This document shows, piece after piece, positions 14,252 to 26,132 of a stretch of DNA of 64,000 bases (positions are counted from its first letter, which is position 1; the number at the start of each line of letters is the position of its first letter). Both the position numbers and the translations under genes were made by a program. The notes under the pieces are model-generated. The model was not told the DNA's origin and searched no databases. It worked only from the letters and a program-made list of their open reading frames with translations. The stretch is from Felis catus (Eukaryota), in NCBI RefSeq assembly GCF_018350175.1, contig NC_058368.1, positions 131,132,001-131,196,000 of the forward strand. Direction: 5' to 3'.

Positions 14252-14456
14252 TTTTTTTAATGTCTATTTATTTTTGAGACAGGGAGAGACAGAGCATGAG
14301 CAGGGGAGGGGCAGAGAGAGAGGGAGACACAGAATCCGAAGCAGGCTCCAGGCTCCGAGCTGTCAGCACAGACCCCGACGCGGGGCTCGAACCCACGAAC
14401 TGTGAGAGCATGACCTGAGCGGAAGTCGGACGTTCAACCAACTTCCCACGCGCCCC
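14252..14456 (-). mobile_element. Can-SINE (SINEC_Fc)
   Basis: SINE body with a small deletion in the head; degenerate TSD CTA(C/T)AATT(A/C)TGATTATAA. Confidence 0.93.
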
Positions 14457-15104
14457 CTATAATTCTGATTATAAGATACCAATTTATAACTGTGCCACTT
14501 GGTCTACTGAAGCAGTGATATGTTAGTTGGTAATAGTGGCTCAGGGCCACAGTTTTGGATTCAAATCACTACTCTCCCATTCATTAGACTTAAAGTTTTC
14601 CTTAAATTTTCTCACTTTATTATGCATTATTTAAGATTTACCAAAAAGTAAGAATAATGTATTGTAAAGATTAATACACTAAATACTTGTATGATTAAGA
14701 AAAACTTAAGGACAAGAATAGTAAGATAGTATGATACTATGATTCCGCTGATTCCTCTGTTTGCTCTCAAGTTAAGTGTTTGTCGTTCTTATAAATTACT
14801 TCATACTTTTATATCATCTGTGTGTGTCACTAAGCCATACAGAAATGGTATCATTGTCTATACGTTCTTTTGCAACTTTCTTTTTTGCCTTAACATTATC
14901 TTTGTGAAATTCATCTGTATTGATAGAAGCACCTCTAGCTCATTTACTTTCATTACTGTGTAGACTTAAATTGTATGAATAATACCACAAATTATTTATC
15001 CATTCTCTGGCTAGTGAGACTTTAAGACGTCTCCAAATATTTGCTTTTATAAACAATGGTTCAATGAGCATTCATGTGCATGTCTTCTTTTAACTAATGT
15101 AAAC

Positions 15105-15265
15105 TAGATCAATACTTTTCAAACAAATCACCTGGGGATCTTGCTTAAATACAGATTTTGACACTCTAAGTCTGGGGTGGGGCCCAAGACTCTGCATTTC
15201 TACCAAGGTCCCAGGTGATACTCATCTTGCTAACTTACAGACCATACTTAGGGTAGCAAGGATCT
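15105..15265. mobile_element. MER5A-like hAT DNA transposon
   Basis: AATCACCTGGGGATCTTG...GTCTGGGGTGGGGCCCAAGACTCTGCATTTCTACCAAGGTCCCAGGTGAT. Confidence 0.75.
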
Positions 15266-15369
15266 AAGCAGCCAGAAGTCGAATTACTGGGATGCGCCCT
15301 AACTCAATGTTCGCAGATTTAGACTAATTTTAGTATACATCATACTAATGTATAAAATTGCATGATCAC

Positions 15370-15822
15370 TGTTGTCGGTTGACTTGTGTTACCCAAAAGG
15401 ATATAAAGGATTCAGTGTCTGTTACTGTGAGCTTTTTGGAAATAGCATCTTTGCAATGTAGTCAAGTTAAAATGAGGTCATATGCACTTAGGGTGGGCCC
15501 TAATCAAAAGAGTGATACTCTTAGAAACTAAAGGAAATTTGGACAAAAACACAAAGAGAGGAGAACCCCATGAAGACACACAAACAGGGAAGAACACCAT
15601 GTGAACACAAGAGACAGAAATTGGACTTAACGCTGCCACAAGCCAAGTAACGTCAAGGACTATCATCAAAAACAAACAAGTCTCCCCATCAGAGAGTTTA
15701 TGCTGTGCCAACACTATCATTTCAGGCGTCTAGCATCCTGAATGGTGAGAAAATACGTTTCTGTTGATTCGACCCACCCAGTTGGTGGCACCTTAATATG
15801 GCAGCCCAAGGAAACTAATACA
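15370..15822 (+). mobile_element. MLT1 (MaLR) solo LTR
   Basis: TG...CA termini, internal GTTAAAATGAGGTCATA and GGGTGGGCCCTAATC, end GCAGCCCAAGGAAACTAATACA, and a 5-bp TSD ATCAC/ACCAC. Confidence 0.85.
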
Positions 15823-16910
15823 ACCACTAAAAATGTGTACGTTTTCATTGCTTCATCAAGATAGAGTGTAGTTTCATGTTTCTTTGCTGTGAATTATTGG
15901 AGCATAGTTTGTGCTTACCTTTAAACTGGGTTCTTTGCTGTTGTTTTTTACTCACTGATTAAAATTTTAAAGTCCATTATCTATTATAGGTATTCATTGT
16001 TTGTCATTTGTATTATTGAAGATATTGTCTCCCACACTTTGGCTCAGATTTTGCTTTCTGAAAGTGTCTTTCAATGAATTTATATTTTTCAATTTAATGT
16101 CAATGAATATTTCTGGTTTTGTTCTGTGCATTTTGTGTTTTGCTTAAAAAATCTTTTTCTACCTTGAGGTCATAAAGATAAAAGTCAACAATCTTTTTTC
16201 TAGCTTCATATTTAGTTCATCTAGATTTGGCTTTTGAGTATATCATGTGAGGTAGGGATCTGCTTTAATTTTACTGTAGGATTTCAAAATTACCCCAAAC
16301 CATTTATTTAATAGTCAATCCTTTCTTTCCCGGTTATGCAGTCTCCTCCATCATACATTATGTTTTCACATACAGGTGAGTTTGCTGGGCTCTCTATTGT
16401 CTTTAATTAGTCTATCTCCATTCCAAAAATACAGTGTCTTACTTTTTAAAATAAACTTAATATCTCATAATATCTGTTTTTTATTCTTCCTTAAAAGTTT
16501 CTTGGCTGCTGCTGGCCCTTTATGTTAATATACATATTAACGTTGAATCAACTTTTGGATACCATTCCCATATGTCTGCACAAAACTGTTGTGGAATTTT
16601 TCTTGCAATTGTGATAATGTGGAAAGAACAGATATCCTTATGATATTAAATATTATATGTGAATCTTCTTAGCCATTTATTTAGCTCTTTCTTGCTTTCC
16701 AGTAAAGTTTTTAATTTTCTCCAATAATGGCATGAACAGCTTTTGGTAGATTTTTTTTTCCCCCAGGTACCTCATTTTGTTGTTATTGTGATTGTATTTG
16801 TATAGGTGATAGCTAATGTGAATGTTTTTAAATTATATTTTCAATTGTTTTAGGTATATAGAATGTGGTTAACTTTTTAAGTTGATTTATCTTTGGTGTA
16901 CTTAATTTTA

Positions 16911-17123
16911 TTTTTATTTTTTTAAACACTCATTTTTGAGATACAGAGAGAGACAGAGCATGAACAGGGAAGGGACAGAGAGAGGGAGACACAGAATCCG
17001 AAGCAGGCTCCAGGCTCTGAGCTGTGAGCACAGAGCCTGACACAGGGCTTGAACCCGCAAACTGCTAGATCATGACCTGAGACCAAGCCGGATGCTTAAC
17101 TGCCTGAGCCACCCAGGGGCTCC
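16911..17123 (-). mobile_element. Can-SINE (SINEC_Fc)
   Basis: SINE body with a degenerate TSD. Confidence 0.93.
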
Positions 17124-17807
17124 TGATGTAATTCACTTTAAAATGTCTGTAGATTCTCTTTGTTTTTCTATATTAACAACTTAACAATCCACAAACATTA
17201 CAATCTATCTCTCTCTAAGCTTTTGGCACTTACCTTTTTGTTTCCTAATGAACTGTACTTAAGTTTAATATTTCAGAAATGCAGTGATATGACTGCATAA
17301 TGACTCACCTCATTAATGATGCCAGAGACAGTATTTCTAATGCTACACAACACAGTGTATGTCTGAAAGGTATATATACTTAATCAGGGTAAAGAAGTTT
17401 TATTTTCAGTTTTATTCTAGATTTATGTCACTAATATTTTGTTTTACGTCTTACCTCTAATTCCCAGTGAGATTTGTCTACAAGTTTCCCTTCTCGTACT
17501 GTTGCTTCTTGTAATGATTCTTCATAGGACTAGTATCACTATCAAAAGTTATGCCAACCTCATAAAAATGAGGTATGGAATACTTCCTCACTTTGTTATT
17601 CTCTGAAATAGTTTTTATAAGAACTCAGTTATCTGTTTGGTAAAACTATTTAGTAAAACTTGTCTGTAAAAACATTTGGACCTGATTTTTCTGGGTGAGT
17701 ATGTGTTTAACTTCTGATGCAATTACTTTAGTGGTTCCAAGATAATTCAGGTTTTCTAATATTTCTAGAGTCAATGTTCAGATATAGTTTTCTTTAAAAA
17801 TGTTTTC

Positions 17808-18029
17808 GGGGCACCTGGGTGGCTCAGTCGGTTAAGCGTCCGACTTCAGCTCAGGTCATGATCTCGCAGTCCGTGAGTTCGAGCCCGGCGTCGGGCTCTG
17901 TGCTGACCGCTCAGAGCCTGGAGTCTGTTTCGGATTCTGTGTCTCCCTCTCTCTCTGACCCTCCCCCATTCATGCTCTGTCTCTCTCTGTCTCAAAAATA
18001 AATAAACGTTTAAAAAAATTTTAGAAAAT
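17808..18029 (+). mobile_element. Can-SINE (SINEC_Fc)
   Basis: SINE body with TSD of about AAAAATGT. Confidence 0.95.
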
Positions 18030-18141
18030 AAAAATGTCTTTATTTTTACTAAGTTGTTTAAATCAATGAACTTCTCTATGTCTGCAGCGAATATCTTGTT
18101 TTCATCCTTAATGTTATCCTTGTGAGACTTTTCCCTTATTC

Positions 18142-18363
18142 TTTTTTTTAAAATTTTTTTAACGTTTATTCATTTTTGAGACAGAGAGAGACAGAACATG
18201 AATGGGGGAGGGTCAGAGAGAGAGGGAGACACAGAATCTGAAACAGGCTCCAGGCTCTGAGCTGTCAGCACAGAGCCCGACGCAGGGCTCGAACTCACTG
18301 ACTGCGAGATCATGACCTGAGCTGAAGTCGGTCGCCCAACAGACTGAGCCACCCAGGCGCCCC
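18142..18363 (-). mobile_element. Can-SINE (SINEC_Fc)
   Basis: Full reversed SINE body ending CCAGGCGCCCC. Confidence 0.95.
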
Positions 18364-18729
18364 CCCTTTTATTTTTGATCAGCCACAACAATTTTACTGG
18401 TTTTATTAAAGATGCAACCTTTATCTTTGCCAATCCTCTCCAGTGACTGTTTTTTATTTGCTTAATTTCTGCTTTTATCTTTATTATGTTTTGTATTCTT
18501 CTCAGGGAATTTTGTTGTTTTTTTCTAACTCTTAAGTTTTACAATTAGTTCATTAAATATAAAATGATGTTTAGCATATGAATTTAGAAATATATGTTTC
18601 ATTTGAAATTGCATTTTAGCTACATCTAACAAATTTTGATATATGCTATTATCATCATCCAATTCTAGCTATTTTCTGTTTTCCACTGTTATTTCTAAAT
18701 TGGGCAATTTGGTAAATGCCAATTAAATG

Positions 18730-21700
18730 GGAAGAGCTTGGGAAGATGATAAAGTAGGAGGACCCGAAGCTCACCCCATCCCATGTTTAAAACTCAATGT
18801 CATCTGGGGAGCCTGGGTGGCTCAGTCAGTTAAGCATCTGACTTTGGCTTGGGTCATGCTCTCGCAGTTCGTGAGTTCGAGCCCTGCATTGGGCCCTGTG
18901 CTAACAGCAGAAGGAAGATATAGTTGACTTTCCTAACACATGGAAATAGACAAACAGGCAGACAAAATGAGAAGACAGGGAAATTTATCCAAATGAAAGA
19001 ATAGGACAAAGATAAGGCCAGTGATCTAAGCGAAACATCTAAGTAACATACCTGATAGAGAATTTAAAGAAATGATCACGAGGATACTCACTGGACTTGA
19101 GAAAAGAGTGAAAACATGAGTGAGACCCTTAACACAGAGATAAGTAATAACATAGCAGAGATATGGGGCTGAGTAAACAAAATGAGAAACACACTTAATA
19201 GAACAAATAGAACAATGGGAAGAAACAGAATAATGAACTAATGACCTAGAAGACAGAGTAATGGAAAATAGTCAAGCTGAACAAAAGAGAGAAAAAAGAA
19301 TTACACAAAATAAAAATAGACTTAGGGAACTCAGAGATTCCACCAAATATAGGGGCATTCATATTATATGAGTCCCAGAAGAAGAACAAGAGAGAAAAGG
19401 GGGCAGAAAAGTTATTTGAAGAAATAGTAGCTGAAAACTTCCCTACTCTGGGGAAGGAAACAGATATCCAGATCCAGGAGACAGAGAGAACTCCCATCAA
19501 AATCAACCAAAGCAGGCCAATACCAAGACATATTATAATTAAATTTTCAAAATATAATGGTAAAGAAAAAATCTTAAAAGCAGCAAGACAAAAGAAGTCA
19601 GTAACTTAGAAGAGAAAACCCATAAGCCTAGCAGGAGAAGATTTTTCAACAGAAACTTTCCAAATCAGAAGGCAGTGACATGATATATTCAAAGGGTTGA
19701 ATGAGAAACATCTGCAGCCAAGAATATTCTATCCAGAAAGACTATCATTCAGAATAGGAGAGATAAAGAGTTTCCCAAATAAAAACTAAAGGAGTTCGTG
19801 ATCACTAAACCAGCCCTGCAAGAAATATTAAAGGGGACTCTGTGTGGAAAGCAGAGACCAAAAGTGACTGTATGAAGTTAGGAAACACAAAAGGACTAAA
19901 AATAATCTTTCTGCAAACAATTAGTCAGGGAATTCACCAAAAAAAAAGACTATAAAATATAATAACATATACCTAAATTATGAAGAGGAGAGAATGACCA
20001 TCAACTTAACATAGACCGCTATACGCATAAGATATTGTATACAATCCTAATGGTAACCATATATCAAAAACCACTGATAAACATGAAAACAATAAAGAGA
20101 GAAATCAAAATATATCACTAAAGAAAATCAGCAAAACACGAAAGACTGAAAGACAAGAAAGAATCAGAGAAAATCTTCAGAAACAACCACAAAACAAGTA
20201 ATAAAATGGCACTAAATTCATATCTATCAATAGTTACTTGGAATGTAAATAGACTAAATGCTCTAATCAAAACACTTAGGGCAACAGAATGGATAAAAAA
20301 ACAAGATCCATCTATATGCTGCCTACAAGATGAGGTTCATTTTAGATCTAAAGATACCTGTGCAGATTGAAAGTGAAGGGATGGAGAAACCTCTACCATG
20401 CAAATAGACATCGAAAGAAAGCCAGAGCAGCATTTCTTACCTCAGACAAAATAGACTTTAGAACAAAGCCTCTAACAAAAGACAAAGGACACTATATAAT
20501 AATAAAGGGCACAATCCAATAATAAGATATCATAATTGTAAATATTTATGTATCAAACAGGAATACCGAAATAAATAAAAGAGATCATAACAAATGTAAA
20601 GGAATGAATCCATAATAATACAATAATAGTAGGGGACTTTAGCACCCCACTTACATCAATGGACAGTTCATCTAAACAAAATCAACAAGGAAACAATGAC
20701 TTTGAATGACACATTGGGCCAGATGGATTTATCAGATATATTCAGAACATTTTATCCTAAAACAGCAGAATACACATTCTTTTCATTCTTTTCAAGTGCT
20801 TACAGAAAATTCTCCAGAACAAATCACATATTAGCCCACAAAACAAATGCCAACAAATTGAAGAAGATTGAAGTCATACCATGCATATTTCTTGACCACA
20901 ATGCTATGGAACTAGAGGTCAACCTTAAAAACAAATCTGGACAGTCCACAAATACATGGAGTTAAATAACATGCTACTAAAGAATGAACGGGTCAACCAA
21001 GAAGTAAAGAAATAAAAAAGTACATGCAAACAAATGAAAATGAAAACACAATGGTCCAAAACCTCTAGGATGCAACACAAGCTATTCTAAGAGGGCAATT
21101 GGTAGCAATACAAATCAACTTCAAGAAGCAAAAACAAATCTCAAATAAACAACCTAACCTTACACTTTAGACGAACCAGAAAAACAAACAAAACCAAAAA
21201 CCAAGAAGGAAGGAAATAATAAAGATTAGGGCAGAAATAAATGATATAGAAACTAAAAAACCAACAAAACAGATCAACGAAGCCAGGGGCTGGCTCTTTG
21301 AAAAAATCAAGAAAATTGTCAAACCTCTAGCCAGATTTATCAAGATAAAAAGAGAAAAGACTCAAATAAATAAAATCACAAATAAAAGAGGAGAAATAAC
21401 AATCAACAACACAGAAATACAATCATAAGAAAATATTATGAACAACAATATGCCAACAAATTGGACAACCTAGAAGAAATAAATTCCCAGAAACACACAA
21501 ACTACTAAAACTAAAACTAAAACAGGGAGAAATAAAAAATTTGAACAGACTGATAACTACCAAAGAAATTGAATCAGTAATCAAAAAACTCCCAACAAGA
21601 AAAAATCCAGGACCAGACGGCTTCACAGGTGAATTCTATCAAACATTTAAGAAGAACTAATACCTATTTTTTCAAAGTATTCCAAAGAATAGAAAAGGAA

Positions 21701-24202
21701 ACTTCCAAATTTATTCTATGAGGGTAGCATTACCCTGATACCAAAACTGGATAAAGACGCTGCTAAAATAGAGAACCATAGGCCAAATCCTTGATGAACA
21801 TGGATGCAAAAATTCTCAACAAAATACTAGTGAACCAAATATAACAATACATTAAAAAATCATTCACCACAATCGAGTGGGATTTATTCCTGGGTTACAA
21901 GGGTGGTTCAATATTTGTAAATCAATCCATGTGATACATCACATCCATAAAAGAAAGGATAAGAACTATATGATTATTTCAATAGACACAGAAAAAAAAC
22001 ATTTGACAAAGTGCAACATCTATTCATGATGAAAACCCTCAACAAAGTGGGTTAAAAGGGAACATGCTCAACATAATAAAGGCCATGTATGAAAAACCTA
22101 AAGCTTTTCCCCTAAGGTCAGGAAAAAGACAAGGACATCCACTCTCACCACTGTTATTCATTATAGTAATGGAAGTTGTAGCTACAGCAAATAGAAAACA
22201 AAAAGAAATAAAAGGCATCCAAATTAGTAAGTAGAAAATCCAGACTCCACCAAAAATCTACTAGAACTGATACGTGAATTCAGTAAATTCACAGGATACA
22301 AAAATCAATGTACAGAAATCTGTTGCTTTTCTATACACCAAAAAATGAAGCAGCAGAAAGAGAAATTAAGGAATCAATCCCATTTACAATCGTACCAAAA
22401 ATAATAGGATACTTAACCAAAAAGGTAAAAGACCTGTGCTCTGAATACTGTTGAAAGAAACTGAAGACCACACAAAGAAATGGAAAGACATTCCATTCTC
22501 ATGGATTGGAAGAACAAATATTATTAAAATGTCCATACAATCCAAAGCAATCTACACATTTTATACAATCCCTATCAAAATACCAACAGCATTTTTCTCA
22601 GAAGGAACAGTCGCAAAATTTGTATGCAAGCACAAAAGACTGTGAATAGCCAAACAATCCTGAAAAGAGCAAAGAGAAGCTGGAGGCATCACAGTCCCAC
22701 GCTTCAAGTTAATTACAAAGCATCAGTAATCAAAACAAAATGGTACTGACATAAAAATAGACACATAAGTCAATAAAAAAGAGTAGAAAATCCATAAATA
22801 AACCCACAATTATATGGTCAATTAGTCTTCGACAAAGCACAGGAGAATATCCAATGGGAAAAATTTCTTTAACAAATGGTGTTGAGAAACCTGGACAGGT
22901 CCATACAAAAGAATCTAATTGAACCACTTTCTTATGCCATACACAAAAATAAATGCAAAATGGGTTAAAGACTTAAACGTGGAACGTGAAACCTTAAAAA
23001 TCTTCTAAGGAAATATAGGCAATAATTTCTTTGACATGAGCCATAGCAACTTCATAGATATGTCTCCTGAGGCAAGGAAGATAAAAGCAAAAATAAACTA
23101 TTGGGACTACATCAAAATAAAAGCCTCAACACAGCAAAGGAAACAATCAACAAATCTAAAAGGCAACCTGTGGAATGGGAGAAGATATTTGCAAATGACA
23201 TATCTGATAAAAGGTTAGTGTCCAAAATATACCAAGCACTTATAAAATCAATACTCCCAGAAAACAAATAATCCAATTTAAAATGGGCAGAAGACATGAA
23301 CAGACACATTTTATACAATCCAGATGGCCAAAAGACATCCAGATGGCCAAAAGACACATGAAAAGTGCTCATCATCACTGATCATCATGGAAATGCAAAT
23401 CAAAACCACAATGAGATATCACCTCACACCTATCAGAATGACTAAAATCAACAACACATGAAACAACAGGTGTTGGTGAAGATGTGAAGAAAAAGGAATC
23501 CTCCTGCACTGTTGGAGGGAAAATAGTATTTGTCTTTCTCTGACTTATTTTGCTTAGCTGTAGCTACTCTGAAAAACACTATGGAGGTTCCTCAAAAAAT
23601 TAAAAATAAGTACTACCTTATATTCCAGCAGTTGCACTATTGGGTATTTACCCAAAGAATACAGGAACACTAATTCAAAGGGATACATACACCCCAATGT
23701 TTACACCAGCATTATTTACAATATCCAAACTATGGAAGAAGCCCAAGTGTCCACTGATTGATGAATGGATAAAGAAGATGTGGTATATAAATATACAATG
23801 GAATATTACTCAGCCATAACAATGAAATCTTGCCATTTGCAACAACGTGGATGGAGCTAGAGAGTATAATGCTAAGCAAAATAAGTCAGCCAGAGAAAGA
23901 CAAATATCATGATTTCACTCCTGTGGCATTTAAAAGACAAAACAAATGAACATAGAAGGGGGAAAAGAAAGGGAGAAGCAAACCAAGAAATAGACTCTTA
24001 ACTACAAAAAATGAACTGAAGGTTACCAGAGGCGAGGAGGGGCAGGGGGATGGGTTAAACAGGTGATTAAGGAGGGCACTTGTGATGAGCACTGGGTGTT
24101 GCGTGTAAGGGATGAATCGCTAAATTCTACACCCGAAACTAATATTGCACTGTATGTTAACTAGATGGAATTCAAATAGAAACTTGGAAAAAATTTTTTA
24201 AA
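18730..24202 (+). mobile_element. Carnivore/felid L1, both ends present but internally deleted; ORF1 (ATG about 18967) and ORF2 (ATG about 20206) inactivated
   Basis: L1 ORF2 peptide fragments in the ORF track (DIFRTFYPKTAEYTFFS, KKWKDIPFSWIGRTNIIKMSI, KINYWDYIKIK), an A-rich tail, and a 16-bp TSD AAATGCCAAT(T/C)AAATG at 18714-18729 and 24203-24218. Confidence 0.95.
18806..18908 (+). mobile_element. 3'-truncated Can-SINE inside the L1 5' UTR
   Basis: GGGGAGCCTGGGTGGCTCAG...GTGCTAACAGC with no CT tract, tail or TSD. Confidence 0.9.
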
Positions 24203-25921
24203 AAATGCCAATCAAATGAAGTCATTCTTAGATACCTTCTATTATTAGTTTGTAACTTAATTTTATTGTTGTCAGAGAATCTGAAATACACCAATTCCTT
24301 TAAAATTTCAAATTGATATTATTGCCTAGTACACGATTAATTATCATAAGTATTGCCTTTGTAATTGAGAAGACATATCATCTAATCATATTTTGTGGCT
24401 CTCTTCACATCTGTTTGATCAAACCTGTTAATTATGTTTTTCAAAGTTCCTAATCCTTATTAATTTTTGTCTGCTTGATCTATCAACCTCTGATAAATGT
24501 TGGAGTTGATAGATCAAGCAGACAAAAATTAGTAAGGAGATAGGATAGGATAAGTGAACTTCTCACAATGACAGATTTGTCAACTTCTCCTTGTAGTGCT
24601 GTTAATATCTGCTTTATATATCTTCTGGACAAATAATAGATCAGTACATACTTATTATAATTAGTATATCTTCCTGCTGACGTAAATAGCTTACACTCTT
24701 TACCCTTAATATTGTTTGTTGCTTTAAGTACTATTTTGTCTATATCAGTAATTTTTGGTAAGCATTTGCCTGGTTTATCTCAGTCCATATATTATCTTCC
24801 ATCTTTGCTATATCTTCAAGTTTTACATTAGTCCCTTGTAAAAGCATTATAATTATTTTCTTTCTGAATCTGGAAATATTAGTGTTTTAGCATAGTAATT
24901 TAGTCTTAATTTTACTGTGACTATGTCTGTATCAGCTATGTTATTTCAGCTATGTTATTTTATTGTTTTTATTTTCATTCTGTTTCTTCTATGCTTCTCT
25001 TGTACCCATTTCTGCTGCTTCCACTCTATTGGCTGAGTTTCAAGATTAGGTTTTTTTTTCCTCATTGTATTAGAAGTTCTGTATTCTAGTCATGACTAGA
25101 TGTTAACATTTTAACATGTAAAAACAACTTAAACTACAAAGATTATTCGTATTTGTCACCGCCTCTCAAATGACACAAGTGTACTTAAATACTTTAGTTC
25201 AGATCATCCTTGTCCAGGGTATTGTCGTGAAGCAATCAGTTGCCTCATGCTTTTGATTGTTACTCTCTTAATTAGACATGACTCTTGCGCTATACGGTCA
25301 GTGTTTCCTTACATTTGTCCATACGTTACCAATTTACTTGAACATCATTCCTTCTTGTGTCTCACATACTTCTTCTGGGATTATTTTCTTCAGCCTTAAA
25401 AATATCCTTTAGAAATTTCTTTTATAGAGGTCTGTTAGCAGAAAGCTCTCCTCGTTTTTTATTGACAGAATTGTTTTTATTTCACCCTCATTTAGCTAAG
25501 TACACAATTATAGGTTGACAGCTTTATGCTTCTCAGAACTGGGAGATATTACTGGAATATTTTTTTGTCTTGCATTATTGCTTTTGATGAGAAACTTACT
25601 GTCATTTGTCATTAGTGTATGAGTAAACTTCCTTTTCTCTCTGGCTGGATTTGAGATCCCTGGCTTTTAGTTTTTATTGGGTTTTGCAAATTGCCTCAGT
25701 ATGTGTAGCTGTGGATTTTTTTTTCTAGTTTTCCTGGGATTTATTTAGCTTCTTAAAACTGAGGATTTATAAGTTCCATTAACTCTGGGAAATTATGATT
25801 CATTCATTCACCATTAATTCAACAAGTATTTCCTTTCCCTTATTCATTTTATTCTTTTCCCGAGATTCTAGATATATTAAGAGGAGAACCTTCTCTTCAC
25901 TGTCTCTTAATTCTCTGTCAT

Positions 25922-26132
25922 TTTTTTTAACGTTTTATTTATTTTTGAGACAGGGAGAGACAGAGCATGAACGGGGGAGGGGCAGAGAGAGAGGGAGACA
26001 CAGAATCGGAAGCAGGCTCCAGGCTCCGAGCCATCAGCCCAGAGCCTGACGCTGGACTCGAATTCACAGACCGTGAGATCGTGACCTGACCCGAAGTCGG
26101 ACGCTTAACCGACTGAGCCACCCAGATGCCCC
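25922..26132 (-). mobile_element. Can-SINE (SINEC_Fc)
   Basis: SINE body with TSD TCTCTGTCAT. Confidence 0.96.

Noticed and set aside
20206..23830. Active L1 ORF2
   Set aside because: It has many stops and frameshifts, and the catalytic FADD motif is missing.
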